Source: Candidatus Omnitrophota bacterium
GTDB taxonomy: Bacteria > Ratteibacteria > UBA8468 > MWAK01
NCBI GenBank assembly: GCA_043826355.1
Contig: JBDRQI010000036.1
Span: 1 to 64,000, forward strand
DNA: 64,000 nucleotides
Direction of reading: 5' to 3'
Below the pieces are notes generated by a model. It did no database searches. It saw only the letters and a program-made list of their open reading frames with translations, and had not been told where the DNA came from. Positions 47,918 through 58,492 of this stretch are shown piece after piece. Every line of letters starts with the position of its first letter. Positions within the stretch are counted from its first letter, which is position 1. Made by a program: the position numbers and the translations under genes.

Positions 47918-48946
47918 ATGAATAATTTATACCGCATTGTTGACGCCAATTTTAACCGTACCCGGGAAGGCCTGCGCGTTCTGGAGGAATTAGCGCGTTT
48001 CAGCGAACAAAATCCGGTCTTAACCAAAACCCTGCGCGGACTGCGACACCGGATTTCGGTCCTGATGGAATGTTCGTTCCCGCGGCCGAAACTTCTGGCC
48101 AGCCGGCGAAGTGAAACAGACCTGGGCCGGAAATTCCGGCCGGAAAACCGGACCGGGAAAAAAGACTTCGTCCTGGCCAACAGTTTTCGGATTACCGAGT
48201 CCCTGCGTGTCCTGGAAGAAACGGCAGCGCTTTTGCAGCCGGAAACAGCCGCATCTTTTCAGGATTTGAGATTTTCATTTTATGACCTGGAAAAGAACCT
48301 GACCGTTCTTTACCGCAAAAAACTGCCGGACTACCCGGTCTACGTCGTTATTGACCCGGCGTTGTTTCCGGGTGACCTGTTGTCTTTTGTTAAAGCGCTC
48401 CTGGACGCCGGCGCAAAAATTTTCCAGTTGCGGACAAAAAAGATGCCGGACCGGCTGTTCCTGAAACTGGCTCAAAAGATACGCCTGGAAACCGAAAAAT
48501 TTGACGCCTTTTTTGTCGTAAATGACCGTCCGGATATCGCGGCCCTTTCAGATGCAGACGGCCTTCACCTGGGACAAACAGACCTTTCGGCAACAAAGGC
48601 GCGGCAGATTTGTCCGGACTTATTAATCGGCATCTCCGCCCGCTCCGTCCGGGAGGCGGAAAAGGCGATTGCCGAACGTGTTGACTATGTCGCGGTCGGC
48701 TCCATCTTCTCCACCGCCAGCAAAAAAGACGCGGCGATAGTCGGATTAAAAACTTTAAAAGAAGTGAAAAAAGTAACCGGCCGTACGCCGTTAGTAGCCA
48801 TCGGCGGCATTACCCCGGAAAACAGCGGCCGCGTTTTTGAATCAGGCGCAGATTACGTCGCGGTTATCTCCGCGCTGATGACCGCGCATCCGGAAAAAGT
48901 TTTGAAGGCGTTGGCCAAAACAAAAAAAGGTGTCATTCTGAGCTGA
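47918..48946 (+). CDS. thiE: Thiamine-phosphate synthase with N-terminal ThiD2 domain
   Basis: RIVDANFNR.REGLRVLE; QLR.K, VNDR.D, HLGQ.D, AIGGI. Confidence 0.93.
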   Translation: MNNLYRIVDANFNRTREGLRVLEELARFSEQNPVLTKTLRGLRHRISVLMECSFPRPKLLASRRSETDLGRKFRPENRTGKKDFVLANSFRITESLRVLEETAALLQPETAASFQDLRFSFYDLEKNLTVLYRKKLPDYPVYVVIDPALFPGDLLSFVKALLDAGAKIFQLRTKKMPDRLFLKLAQKIRLETEKFDAFFVVNDRPDIAALSDADGLHLGQTDLSATKARQICPDLLIGISARSVREAEKAIAERVDYVAVGSIFSTASKKDAAIVGLKTLKEVKKVTGRTPLVAIGGITPENSGRVFESGADYVAVISALMTAHPEKVLKALAKTKKGVILS

Positions 48947-49004
48947 TTTTGCGAAGAATCTCGTTTTAAAAATAGATCCTTCGCAAGTACGGCTCAGGAT
49001 GACA
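48931..49004. repeat. TGTCAT...ATGACA palindromic repeat (CGTC-type REP)
   Basis: TGTCATTCTGAGC...GCTCAGGATGACA; overlaps the thiE stop. Confidence 0.8.
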
Positions 49005-49011
49005 AAACAGG

Positions 49012-50247
49012 ATGAATAAAAAAGAATTGACGGCGCTGGCAAAATCCGAAGAAATTTCCCCCTCCGACCTGGAAAACGGAATCAAAACCAATCGGATTGT
49101 GGTGGTAAAAAATCCTCACGGGAAAAAACCGCTCGCCATCGGCGAGGGATGTTTCGTAAAGATTAACGCCAACATCGGCACTTCACCACACCAGGCGGAT
49201 ATCAAAAATGAGTTGGCCAAATTGAAGAAGGCGGAGGAAGCCGGCGCCCATACCGTAATGGACCTTTCCACCGGCGGAAATCTTAAAGAAATACGGCGCC
49301 ATATATTAACGGCAACCGATCTGCCTGTCGGAAGCGTGCCCATCTACTCGGCCGCAGTGGAAGTAACGGAGAAATATAATGACGTGCGCAAGATGAGCCC
49401 GGAAACTCTCTGGGAAAAGATAGAAGAAGAAGCGGCCGGCGGCGTTTCTTTCGTAACCGTCCATACCGGTGTAAGCGAAAAGATTGTCCGGGGGCTTCAA
49501 GAAGGAAAACGCCTGATTAATATCGTCAGCCGGGGCGGCTCCATCCTTGCCTGCTGGATAACGGCAAACAAAAAAGAGAATCCGCTCCTGGCGGATTTCA
49601 ACCGCCTGCTGAAACTGGCGCAAAAATATAAACTCTGCTTGAGTTTAGGAGACGGATTACGGCCCGGCGCTATTGCAGACAATACCGACCGTTTTCAGTT
49701 AGAGGAACTATTTACTTTGGGCCAACAGGCAGAAGAAGCGCGCAAGGCCGGCGTGCCGGTCATAATCGAAGGACCGGGCCATATCCCGCTCCACCAGATT
49801 GAAATGAACGTTAAACTGGCTAAAACAGTCTGCGGCGGGGCGCCGCTCTATCTGCTGGGTCCGCTGGTAACCGACATTGCCGCCGGTTACGACCATATCG
49901 TCGCCGCAATCGGAGGCGCCATCGCCGGAATGGCCGGCGCTGACTTCCTGTGCTACGTGACCCCGGCGGAACACCTTTCGCTGCCCTCGCCGGAAGACGT
50001 GAAAGAAGGCGTTTATGCCTCCCGCATCGCCGCACACGCAATCGACCTCTGCCGGGGAAAAAAGAGCGCCTGGCGCCAGGACTGGCTTCTCTCTTCGGCC
50101 CGTGGCAAACGGAACTGGCCGGAACAAAAGCGGCTTTCCCTAAATCCGGCTGAATTTCCGAAAAAAAAGGCAAAAGAAGAAGATTGCTGTTCTATGTGCG
50201 GAGAGTTTTGCGCGCTTCGTTTTTCAGAATCAATCAGCAAAAAATAG
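49012..50247 (+). CDS. thiC: Phosphomethylpyrimidine synthase
   Basis: KINANIGTS, MDLSTGG, SRGGS, GDGLRPG, EGPGH, CSMCGEFC; adjacent to thiE. Confidence 0.93.
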   Translation: MNKKELTALAKSEEISPSDLENGIKTNRIVVVKNPHGKKPLAIGEGCFVKINANIGTSPHQADIKNELAKLKKAEEAGAHTVMDLSTGGNLKEIRRHILTATDLPVGSVPIYSAAVEVTEKYNDVRKMSPETLWEKIEEEAAGGVSFVTVHTGVSEKIVRGLQEGKRLINIVSRGGSILACWITANKKENPLLADFNRLLKLAQKYKLCLSLGDGLRPGAIADNTDRFQLEELFTLGQQAEEARKAGVPVIIEGPGHIPLHQIEMNVKLAKTVCGGAPLYLLGPLVTDIAAGYDHIVAAIGGAIAGMAGADFLCYVTPAEHLSLPSPEDVKEGVYASRIAAHAIDLCRGKKSAWRQDWLLSSARGKRNWPEQKRLSLNPAEFPKKKAKEEDCCSMCGEFCALRFSESISKK

Positions 50248-50255
50248 CGAAATCT

Positions 50256-52169
50256 ATGGAAAATAAAGATAAGGTTCCTTTAAAGAGAAGGATGCCTGAA
50301 ATCCCCAAAAACCAGATACCCGGTTTCTGGAAGAGTTTGCTCTTCTGGATAGTTCTGGGCGTATTTATATTTTACATGGCCCATTCATCATCCTTAAAAG
50401 TAAAAGAAAGAGCTCAGAAGATACCCTACAGCGATTTCCTGAACTATGCCGCCAACAATGAAATATCCGGCAAGGTCACCATTCAGCAGGGCCAGATTAA
50501 AGGCAAAAAGACGGACGGCACCGAGTTCCGAACGTTCAGCCAGGACCCGGATATCTACAAAGCGTTAAAAGATAATCAGATTCAATTTGAAGATTTACCT
50601 GAGGCCGGCCGTTCCGTCTGGACGCAGATTCTGGCCGGCGTCATCCCGGTTTTACTCATCGTCCTTTTCTTCTGGTTCATGATTTACCGCCGTGCCGGAG
50701 CAGGCGGCGGGGACCAGATTATGTCCTTCGGGCGCATCCGGCCGCAACCCCTTTCGGAAACAAAACCCAAGACAACCTTCAGTGAAGTGGCCGGATACGA
50801 GGAAGCCAAGGAAGAACTCCAGGAGGTAATCGATTTCCTGAAAGACCCCCAGAAGTTCCAGAAATTAGGCGGCCGGATTCCCAAGGGCGTGCTGCTTATC
50901 GGCCCGCCAGGCACCGGCAAGACGCTCCTGGCGAAGGCGGTGGCCGGGGAAGCCAACGTCTCTTTTACTTCCATCAGCGGTTCGGAATTCGTGGAGATGT
51001 TTGTCGGCGTCGGCGCCTCCCGGGTAAGAGACCTGTTCCGCCAGGCAAAGCGGACGGCGCCGTCCATTATTTTCATCGATGAAATTGACGCGGTCGGCCG
51101 GCAGCGGTTTGCCGGATTAGGCGGCGGGCACGACGAGCGGGAACAGACCCTGAACCAGTTGCTGGTGGAAATGGACGGTTTCCACACCGAAGAAGGAATT
51201 ATCCTGATGGCTGCCACCAACCGGCCCGATGTCCTGGACCCGGCGCTGGTGCGGCCCGGCCGTTTTGACCGGCAGGTCGTCCTGAACCTCCCGGACGTCC
51301 GGGAAAGAGAAGCCATCCTCAAGGTTCACACCCGTAACTCCAAACTGGCGGACAACATTGACCTCTCAATCGTCGCCAAGAGTACGCCGGGGATGTCCGG
51401 CGCAGACCTGGCAAACCTCTGCAACGAAGCGGCCCTGATGGCCTCCCGGAAAAACCACCAGGTAATTGAAATGAACGATTTAGAGGAAGCGATGGACAAG
51501 GAGATGATGGGCGCGCAGCACAAGAGCATGGTCTTGAGCCCGGAAGAAAAGAAAATTATCGCTTACCACGAGTCCGGCCACGCGCTGGTCCAGCGCAACC
51601 TCCCGGAATCTCAGCCCATTCACAAAGTCACTATTATCCCGCGGGGACGTTCCCTGGGCGCTACTCACATCCTTCCGGAGAAGGACATCCACATTGAAAG
51701 CGATAACTACTTCCGTAATTCCCTGGTCACTCTCCTGGGCGGCCGGGCAGCCGAAAAAATATTCTTTAACCGGGTCTATACCGGTGCGGAAAACGACCTC
51801 CATTCCGCCACCGAACTTGCCCGGCAGATGGTATGCGAATGGGGCATGAGCGCCCGGATGGGCCCGGTCAGTTATCACAACCGGACCGGCGGCGAAGTTT
51901 TCCTGGGAAGAGATTTGTCGCAAAATCGGGAATACAGCGAGACAACAGCGCGGGAGATAGACGAAGAGGTAAAGCAACTTCTGGAAATATCCGAAAAAGA
52001 AGCGCACCGCATCATCCGGGAAAAACGCGTAAACCTGGAACGGCTTGCAACCGCCCTTCTGGAAAAAGAGACGCTTACCGGAAAGGAGATTGATAACCTT
52101 ATTCAAGGAGATGCAAAAGAAAGCGACCAAACTAACAGTGGACAAGAAAAAAATCCAACAAGCAGTTAG
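50256..52169 (+). CDS. ftsH: ATP-dependent zinc metalloprotease FtsH
   Basis: [27 protein letters not shown]. Confidence 0.97.
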   Translation: MENKDKVPLKRRMPEIPKNQIPGFWKSLLFWIVLGVFIFYMAHSSSLKVKERAQKIPYSDFLNYAANNEISGKVTIQQGQIKGKKTDGTEFRTFSQDPDIYKALKDNQIQFEDLPEAGRSVWTQILAGVIPVLLIVLFFWFMIYRRAGAGGGDQIMSFGRIRPQPLSETKPKTTFSEVAGYEEAKEELQEVIDFLKDPQKFQKLGGRIPKGVLLIGPPGTGKTLLAKAVAGEANVSFTSISGSEFVEMFVGVGASRVRDLFRQAKRTAPSIIFIDEIDAVGRQRFAGLGGGHDEREQTLNQLLVEMDGFHTEEGIILMAATNRPDVLDPALVRPGRFDRQVVLNLPDVREREAILKVHTRNSKLADNIDLSIVAKSTPGMSGADLANLCNEAALMASRKNHQVIEMNDLEEAMDKEMMGAQHKSMVLSPEEKKIIAYHESGHALVQRNLPESQPIHKVTIIPRGRSLGATHILPEKDIHIESDNYFRNSLVTLLGGRAAEKIFFNRVYTGAENDLHSATELARQMVCEWGMSARMGPVSYHNRTGGEVFLGRDLSQNREYSETTAREIDEEVKQLLEISEKEAHRIIREKRVNLERLATALLEKETLTGKEIDNLIQGDAKESDQTNSGQEKNPTSS

Positions 52170-52707
52170 AATTTACCTGGAAGGAATCGGCGAAGACCCG
52201 GACCGGAAAGAATTAAAAGATACTCCGCGGCGGGTATCCGAGATGGCCGCGGAACTTTTTTCCGGGCTGGAAAAAAACCCCAAAGAAGAATTGGAGGTCG
52301 TTTTCGTTGAAGAGTACAACGAATTGATTCTGGTCCGGGATATACCGCTCTACTCCATGTGCGAACACCACCTGCTTCCTTTTCTGGGCAGGGCTCACAT
52401 CGCCTACATCCCGGATAAGCACCGCATTACCGGACTCTCCAAACTGGCCCGGGTGGTGGAAATATTCAGCCGCCGGCTGCAACTGCAGGAACGGCTAACC
52501 ACCCAGATTGCAGATGCAATTATGAAAACCCTGAAACCCCGGGGCGTAATGGTAGTGGTAGAAGCAGAGCATCTCTGCATGACGATGCGTGGCGTCAAAA
52601 AACCGGGCAGTCGGGCGATAACTTCAGTCATGCGCGGCATCTTCCTGAAAGACGCCAAGACCCGGAACGAGGCGCTGAGTTTAATTCACAAGATTCCCGC
52701 GCTGTAA
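52111..52707 (+). CDS. folE: GTP cyclohydrolase I
   Basis: [33 protein letters not shown]; start 52111 or 52138. Confidence 0.96.
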   Translation: MQKKATKLTVDKKKIQQAVRIYLEGIGEDPDRKELKDTPRRVSEMAAELFSGLEKNPKEELEVVFVEEYNELILVRDIPLYSMCEHHLLPFLGRAHIAYIPDKHRITGLSKLARVVEIFSRRLQLQERLTTQIADAIMKTLKPRGVMVVVEAEHLCMTMRGVKKPGSRAITSVMRGIFLKDAKTRNEALSLIHKIPAL

Positions 52708-52722
52708 AGCCATGAATAAAAA

Positions 52723-54039
52723 ATGAGCGGGGTAAATATTATGAAGAATTTTCGGTTGGGTCTGATTGTCGTTTTACCGTTGCTTATCTTGTCTGGGTTT
52801 GTCGTCAACCCATGCCGGGCCGCCGAAGTACTGGTCGTGCCGATGAAGGGCTCGGTCAACCCGGCCATGGCGGAGATGTTTCTGAAAACGCTCCAGGAAG
52901 CCGAGCAGAATGGAGCCGAAGCGGTTGTTATCCGGCTGGATACACCCGGCGGCCTGCTCACCTCCACCCGGGAGATTGTGGAAGGCATTCTCAACAGCAA
53001 GGTACCAGTGGTGGCCTACGTCTCGCCAGCCGGCGCCCAGTGCGCCTCAGCCGGAACCTTCATCGCGCTCGCCTGCCCGGTTCTGGCGATGGCTCCCGGC
53101 ACCAACATCGGCGCCGCCCATCCGGTAACCCCAGCCGGAAAGATGGACGAAACAATGGAAAAGAAGGTGGTCAACGACGCCTCGTCCTGGATTACTTCCC
53201 TGGCCCTGAGGTGGGGCCGGAATGCGGACTGGGCGGAAAAAGCGGTCCGCGAATCGGCTTCCGCCAACGAAAAAGAGGCGGTGGCGCTCAAGGTGGCGGA
53301 CCTGACCGCCGAAAACCTGGCCGACTTGATGGTCCAAATTGACGGCCGGGTAATCCGCCTCGGCTCCAAATTAATCACACTGGAGACAAAATCAGCCCCC
53401 GTAAACGAAATAAAACTGAACTTCCGGCACCGGATTCTCCAGTCGGTGAGCGACCCGAACATCGCCTACATCCTTCTCCTCCTGGGAATACTGGGCATCA
53501 TTTATGAATTTTCTTCCCCGGGTCTCGGGTTCCCCGGTATCGTCGGTTTTATCTGCATACTCCTTGCTTTCTACGGCCTCTCCGCCCTGCCGGTCAATAT
53601 CGCCGGAGTGGCGCTGGTCTTTGTGGCGGTCGGCTTTTTCGTCCTGGAAGCCCATTCTCCTTCATTCGGCCTTTTAGGCCTGGGAGGTATTGTGTCGCTA
53701 ATATTCGGTTCCCTCTTTTTGATCAAACCTTTTTCCTACCTTAAAATCGCTTCCCGGGCTTCTTCCCTCTCGGTTGCGTTTGTCTTTGCCGGCCTGGTCT
53801 TTCTCATCTCCTTTTTCGCCTACCGGGCGATGCGCCGGAAGGTCACCACCGGCAAGGAAGGCCTTGTCGGCGAAACCGGCGAAGCGCGCACCGACCTGGC
53901 CCCGGAGGGCGCCATTTACGTCCACGGCGAATACTGGACCGCCCGGACATCGGACGGGTCAACGGTTAAAAAGGGCGAAAAAGTACGCGTGGAGAAAGTC
54001 TCCGGCCGCATCCTGCTGGTCAGCAAACTGATCCCTTGA
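52723..54039 (+). CDS. nfeD: Long NfeD (ClpP-like + TM + OB domains)
   Basis: LDTPGG, ASAG, T.IGAA.P, TG.EGLVG, G.IYV.GE.W.A. Confidence 0.9.
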   Translation: MSGVNIMKNFRLGLIVVLPLLILSGFVVNPCRAAEVLVVPMKGSVNPAMAEMFLKTLQEAEQNGAEAVVIRLDTPGGLLTSTREIVEGILNSKVPVVAYVSPAGAQCASAGTFIALACPVLAMAPGTNIGAAHPVTPAGKMDETMEKKVVNDASSWITSLALRWGRNADWAEKAVRESASANEKEAVALKVADLTAENLADLMVQIDGRVIRLGSKLITLETKSAPVNEIKLNFRHRILQSVSDPNIAYILLLLGILGIIYEFSSPGLGFPGIVGFICILLAFYGLSALPVNIAGVALVFVAVGFFVLEAHSPSFGLLGLGGIVSLIFGSLFLIKPFSYLKIASRASSLSVAFVFAGLVFLISFFAYRAMRRKVTTGKEGLVGETGEARTDLAPEGAIYVHGEYWTARTSDGSTVKKGEKVRVEKVSGRILLVSKLIP

Positions 54040-54045
54040 ATTAAT

Positions 54046-54075
54046 TTGACAGGTTTATTTCGTTTGGGTTATAAT
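54046..54075 (+). promoter_or_regulatory. Consensus sigma70 promoter of the hydrogenase operon
   Basis: TTGACA-N18-TATAAT. Confidence 0.8.
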
Positions 54076-54090
54076 TTTCAGATTATTTCT

Positions 54091-54117
54091 TTGTTCTTAT
54101 ATTCACAATATTCACAA
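54091..54117. promoter_or_regulatory. Candidate operator (Rex-like half-sites, ATATTCACA direct repeat)
   Basis: TTGTTCT-TATA-TTCACAA vs Rex consensus TTGTGAA-N4-TTCACAA; a second TTCACAA follows. Confidence 0.45.
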
Positions 54118-54124
54118 TCGTGGA

Positions 54125-54231
54125 GTCGTTGCGAACGAAGCGAAACAATCCCGTTTTAAGGATGGGATTGCCGCACCTCGTTTAAATAGACAGGCGAGAC
54201 GCCTGTCCTACCGAAACGGGCTCGCGATGAC
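54125..54231. repeat. GTC..TGCGA...TCGC.ATGAC palindromic repeat with nested GTAG-type REP
   Basis: Outer GTCGTTGCGA/TCGCGATGAC; inner GACAGGCGAGACGCCTGTCCTAC. Confidence 0.75.
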
Positions 54232-54240
54232 ACTTTCCCC

Positions 54241-54693
54241 ATGCCGCGAACCGCAATTGTGGGAATTGGCAACCTGATGAAGGCAGACGACGGCGCCGGC
54301 ATGGTAATGACGGCTGCCCTGAAGGAAAAACTGGCCGGGTTTTCCGAAATCAGGACCTATGAAACCGGAACCGTTCCGGAAAATCACCTGACGGCAATCC
54401 TCGCTTTTAAGCCCGAAATCATTTATCTGATAGACGCCGGAGATTTCAACGGCGAAGCGGGTGAATTCAAACTCTTCCCGGCACATCAGGTTAAAAGCCA
54501 GGGGTTCTCAACCCACGCCGTTTCAATCTCTCTGCTTATCCGGTTTTTGAAACTGCAGACTAAAGCCGAAATCTTTTTGCTGGCTATCCAGCCGGAGGAA
54601 ATTTTCACCCGCGAAGGCCTCTCCGCTCGGGTAAAAGCCGGCACGGACAAAGCCATAATCTTTTTAGAGAAGAAAATAAATGGCTTATCATAA
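54241..54693 (+). CDS. Hydrogenase maturation endopeptidase (HycI-like)
   Basis: GIGNLMKADDGAG, G.VPEN, IDA, STH, IQP. Confidence 0.9.
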   Translation: MPRTAIVGIGNLMKADDGAGMVMTAALKEKLAGFSEIRTYETGTVPENHLTAILAFKPEIIYLIDAGDFNGEAGEFKLFPAHQVKSQGFSTHAVSISLLIRFLKLQTKAEIFLLAIQPEEIFTREGLSARVKAGTDKAIIFLEKKINGLS

Positions 54694-55708
54694 GGTAAAA
54701 ACAGAAGCCTGGCTGGACGCAATCTTCCGGCAGGCAAAAGAGAGAGCGGTCTACGGCCTGAAGCGCAGCGGCGAGGGGCTTGTTTATCAGCGGCTCCGGG
54801 AAAAGACCGAAGTTGTGCTTTTTGAGACCAGACCGACTGAACCAATTAAACTCTTCTTCTATTTCCCTTCCGAATCGACAGCGTCTCTTCCGGAAGAACC
54901 GTTCCGGGAAGAGGAAAAACGGGTCCTGCTCGGCGTTAAGGCCTGCGACCTGGAAGCGCTTAAGACGGCCGATTACGTTTACCGGCTCGGCGATGCGGTG
55001 GAGCCGCGTTACTACAGCCGCCGCAACAATACCCTGCTCATCGGCAGCGACTGCACCCGGCCGAACCCAACCTGCTTCTGCAACCTCCACGGACGCTACT
55101 GCTACCCCCAGGAATATTTTGACATTAATCTTTCTTCTTTAAATAATAAAGAGATTATAATTGAAACCGGCAGCCCGCGGGGTGAGGAATTTCTGGCGGA
55201 ACTAAACCTGAATTTAACCGAAGTCACCGGAGCCGACCTGAAGATACGCGACAAAAACCGCCGGGGATACCTGGAAAAACTGAAAACAATCAATGCGCCT
55301 TTTGAACACCGGACACCCTATTCGGAAATCGTGCGTAAAAGCAATGATGCCGCAACCTGGAAAAAGTACGGCCAGGAGATGTGCGTCCAGTGCCACGCCT
55401 GCAACCTCGGCTGCCCGACCTGTTATTGTTTCTCCTTTTCGGACCTTCCGGAGAAGAACGGAATGAAACGCTATAAAAACTGGGATTCCTGCCTGTCCGC
55501 CAGTTTTGCCCGGATGGCCAGCGGCGCTACCCCCAGGCACTCCCGCTGGGAACGTTTCCGCTATCATTACTACCACAAATTTGATTACCTTAACGCCCTG
55601 CTCGGTTTTGATGCCTGCACCGGGTGCGGCCGCTGCATTGAAGGCTGCCTGGGCAAAATTGACAAACGCCAAGTATTATCAGATTTGGAAAAAGAGATAA
55701 ATGGCTAA
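54680..55708 (+). CDS. AsrA / sulfhydrogenase beta-like 4Fe-4S protein
   Basis: GVKACD, C.QC.AC...CPTCYCF, WDSC, CTGCGRC...C. Confidence 0.85.
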   Translation: MAYHKVKTEAWLDAIFRQAKERAVYGLKRSGEGLVYQRLREKTEVVLFETRPTEPIKLFFYFPSESTASLPEEPFREEEKRVLLGVKACDLEALKTADYVYRLGDAVEPRYYSRRNNTLLIGSDCTRPNPTCFCNLHGRYCYPQEYFDINLSSLNNKEIIIETGSPRGEEFLAELNLNLTEVTGADLKIRDKNRRGYLEKLKTINAPFEHRTPYSEIVRKSNDAATWKKYGQEMCVQCHACNLGCPTCYCFSFSDLPEKNGMKRYKNWDSCLSASFARMASGATPRHSRWERFRYHYYHKFDYLNALLGFDACTGCGRCIEGCLGKIDKRQVLSDLEKEING

Positions 55709-56531
55709 GATTAATCCGTATCAACCCTATGCGGTGGAACTCCTGAAGGTTACCGAGGAGAGTCCGTTAATCAGGACTTTCACCATGGTCGCTCCTCCCA
55801 ACTTCCGCTTCCTGGCCGGGCAGTTTGTGGAAATCTCGGTTCCGGGAAAAGGCGAGGCGCCGTTTACGCCTTCCTCCTCCCCTTACGAAACGAATTATCT
55901 TGAAGTCAGCGTGGCAAAGGTCGGCGGCGTCACCGAAACGCTCCACTCCTTGCAGCCGGGCGCAATCCTCGGCCTCAGGGGACCTTTCGGCAAGGACTAT
56001 CCGCTGGAAAAGTTCACGGGAAAAGATATCCTGTTAGTCGGCGGTGGCGTCGGTCTGGCTCCGCTGCGCAGTTTATTCCTGTCTTTGGTTCACGAATTGA
56101 AACGTTTTAATAAGATACGTTTTTGCTGCGGTTCACGCACCCCGCAGGATTTCATTTACAAGGAGCATATTTTTGATCTCTGGCAGAAGATCGACCCCAA
56201 GGTCTCCCTCCGGATTACGGTTGACCGCTGCGAAGACGATTGCTGGAAGGGAGATGTGGGTGTGGTAACCAAGACGCTGGACAATCTTGACCTGGAAATC
56301 AAAAACAGCGTTGCGGTGGTCTGCGGACCTCCGATTATGATGAAATTTACCACTTTCAAACTCCTGGAATTGGGCTACCGGCCGGAAAATATCTATCTTT
56401 CTATGGAACGGATGATGGTCTGCGGTCTGGGTCATTGTCAGCACTGCGGAATCGGCAAGTATCTGGTCTGCAAGGACGGTCCGGTATTTGCTTATCAGGA
56501 TATTAAGGACGAGCCGGAGATATGGGCGTAA
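55701..56531 (+). CDS. AsrB / sulfhydrogenase gamma-like FAD/NAD(P)-binding 2Fe-2S protein
   Basis: GQF, GEAPF, RGPFG, GGG.GLAPLRS, CGPPIMM, M.CG.G.C.HC, VCKDGPVF. Confidence 0.9.
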   Translation: MAKINPYQPYAVELLKVTEESPLIRTFTMVAPPNFRFLAGQFVEISVPGKGEAPFTPSSSPYETNYLEVSVAKVGGVTETLHSLQPGAILGLRGPFGKDYPLEKFTGKDILLVGGGVGLAPLRSLFLSLVHELKRFNKIRFCCGSRTPQDFIYKEHIFDLWQKIDPKVSLRITVDRCEDDCWKGDVGVVTKTLDNLDLEIKNSVAVVCGPPIMMKFTTFKLLELGYRPENIYLSMERMMVCGLGHCQHCGIGKYLVCKDGPVFAYQDIKDEPEIWA

Positions 56532-57022
56532 AAAAACTGGTCGTTGATTTTGAGATTTGCCGGAAGTGCAAGGACTGCACCATCAAATGCAGTTTTCCTT
56601 TCCATCCGGTGAACGACGGAACGCTGACTCTGCGCGAGATGATTTCCTGGCAGGTGGTCTGCCGGCGCTGTAACCAGCCCGGTTGCGTGGCATCCTGCCC
56701 GACCGAAGCGCTGAAGAAAAGAGAAGACGGTCTGATTGAACGTTCCAACACCCTGTGCATCTCCTGCAAATCCTGCACCATCGGCTGTCCCTTCGGAACC
56801 ATCTTTCCGGAACTGGTTCCGTATCTGACGACCGGATGCGATTACTGCCAGAACCGCATGGCGGAAGGCGAACAACCGCTTTGCGTCCAGAGTTGTCCGC
56901 TGGGCGCCATTGAATACCGGGAAATCAAAGAAAAAGAAAATGTAACCTCGGTAAACCCGGATACGGTCGCCGGCATCGCCACGTCCTGGCAAAAAATTAT
57001 AGAGAAAAAAAATAAAAAATGA
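56522..57022 (+). CDS. 4Fe-4S ferredoxin-type subunit (HycB/CooF-like)
   Basis: CRRC..P.CV.SCP, C.SC.SC...CPFG, CD.C, P.CV.SCP. Confidence 0.88.
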   Translation: MGVKKLVVDFEICRKCKDCTIKCSFPFHPVNDGTLTLREMISWQVVCRRCNQPGCVASCPTEALKKREDGLIERSNTLCISCKSCTIGCPFGTIFPELVPYLTTGCDYCQNRMAEGEQPLCVQSCPLGAIEYREIKEKENVTSVNPDTVAGIATSWQKIIEKKNKK

Positions 57023-57939
57023 ATATATTTCATTTCCTGATTTTTCCCGGATTCGTCTTCGCCGGCCTGGTCGGATTAGCCGCCACCTGGGTTGACCGGA
57101 AAGTCACCGCCCGTCTGCAGTGGCGGGTGGGACCTCCTTTCCTCCAGCCCTTTTACGACATTGGAAAACTTCTGACCAAAGAGGTTACCATTCCGAATTC
57201 CGCCGACCGGATGACTTTTGTGCTGGCGCCGATGGTTGGTCTGGCTGCCGCCGGCCTGGTGGCCGCCATCATGGGCATGAGCATCTCCGGAAACCTAAAC
57301 TTTGCCGGGGACTTAATCGTGGTAATTTATCTCCTGACCATCCCCAGCCTGATGATGATGTTAGGCGGATTCGCCTCCGGCAACATCCTGGCGCAGGTCG
57401 GATCCAGCCGGGAGATGAAACTTATCCTTGCCTACGAACTGCCTTTCCTGCTGGCCATCGCCGCGGTAATCTTTAAAAACGGTTTCAGTCTCCGGCTGAA
57501 CGAACTGCTCGCCTTTCAGCGATTAAGCGGCCTGACTATCGGAAGCATTTCCGGGTTCCTTTCTTTCCTGGCCATCATCCTTTCCGTGCAGGCAAAGTTA
57601 GGGTTGCCGCCTTTTGATATCAGCGAGGCCGAAACAGAACTGATGGCCGGCCCGCTGATAGAATATTCCGGACTGCTCCTATCTTTCTTCCGGTTCACCA
57701 AGACGCTCCTTTTTTACAGCCTGCCCCTCTTAATCGTCATCCTCTTTTTCGGCGGAATATCTTTCTCCGGTTGGCACATCCTGACCGGAATTTTGAAATA
57801 TGTCGGAGTACTCGCCCTGCTAATTGTTATCAAAAATACCAATCCCCGGGTACGGGTGGACCAGGCCCTGAACTTTTTCTGGAAACGGGTTGCGCCGCTC
57901 GCGCTGGCCGGTCTTATTTTTGCCCTGGCGGGGTTGTAA
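57019..57939 (+). CDS. Complex I subunit H-like membrane subunit (NuoH/HycD/MbhM)
   Basis: DRK.TARLQ.RVGPP..QPFYD..KL, PFDI.EAETEL..G...EYSG. Confidence 0.92.
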   Translation: MNIFHFLIFPGFVFAGLVGLAATWVDRKVTARLQWRVGPPFLQPFYDIGKLLTKEVTIPNSADRMTFVLAPMVGLAAAGLVAAIMGMSISGNLNFAGDLIVVIYLLTIPSLMMMLGGFASGNILAQVGSSREMKLILAYELPFLLAIAAVIFKNGFSLRLNELLAFQRLSGLTIGSISGFLSFLAIILSVQAKLGLPPFDISEAETELMAGPLIEYSGLLLSFFRFTKTLLFYSLPLLIVILFFGGISFSGWHILTGILKYVGVLALLIVIKNTNPRVRVDQALNFFWKRVAPLALAGLIFALAGL

Positions 57940-57989
57940 AAATGCGGGAGGGGATACAGCCCATCCCCCCTATATCAATAAAGAACTAT

Positions 57990-58412
57990 ATGGATTTAAA
58001 AACAAATCTGCTGACGCGGTCGCTCTGGGTCTTCCACCTGTCAGCCGCTTCCTGCAATAACTGCGATATAGAAATTCTGGACCTCTTGACTCCGCGGCAT
58101 GACGTGGAGAGGTTCGGGATTGTGCTGACCGGAAGCATCCGCCACGCGGATGTCCTGCTGGTTACCGGCATCGTCAACCGGAAGAACGTGCCGCGCGTCA
58201 AACGTCTTTACGAACAGGCGGCGAAACCGGTTTTGGTGGTTGCGGTCGGTTCCTGCGCCTGCAGCGGCAATATTTTTCGGACCGGTTACCAGTTCGCCGG
58301 ACCACTGGATAAAATTATTCCGGTAGACGCCTACATCCCGGGCTGTCCCCCGAAACCAGAAGCGATGATTGACGGAATCGTGAAACTGATCGGTAAGTTA
58401 AAAGGAAAATAA
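57990..58412 (+). CDS. Group 4 hydrogenase small subunit (NuoB/HycG-like)
   Basis: SCNNCDIE, D.ERFG, RHAD, GSCA.SG, PGCPPKPE; start re-assigned. Confidence 0.92.
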   Translation: MDLKTNLLTRSLWVFHLSAASCNNCDIEILDLLTPRHDVERFGIVLTGSIRHADVLLVTGIVNRKNVPRVKRLYEQAAKPVLVVAVGSCACSGNIFRTGYQFAGPLDKIIPVDAYIPGCPPKPEAMIDGIVKLIGKLKGK

Positions 58413-58413
58413 T

Positions 58414-58490
58414 TGTCATCCCCGTATGTGGTAAACGGGGATCCAAACCGAAAATAAATGGATTCCCGCTTAATACACGCGGAAATGACA
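58414..58490. repeat. TGTCAT...ATGACA palindromic repeat
   Basis: TGTCATCCCCG...GGGGATCCA...TGGATTCCCGC...GCGGAAATGACA; half copy at ~43912-43942. Confidence 0.8.
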
Positions 58491-58492
58491 CC

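Noticed and set aside
49012..50247. BzaA/B/F benzimidazole synthase instead of ThiC
   Set aside because: It is adjacent to thiE, has no B12 riboswitch, and shows canonical ThiC motifs; phylogeny would be needed for full exclusion.
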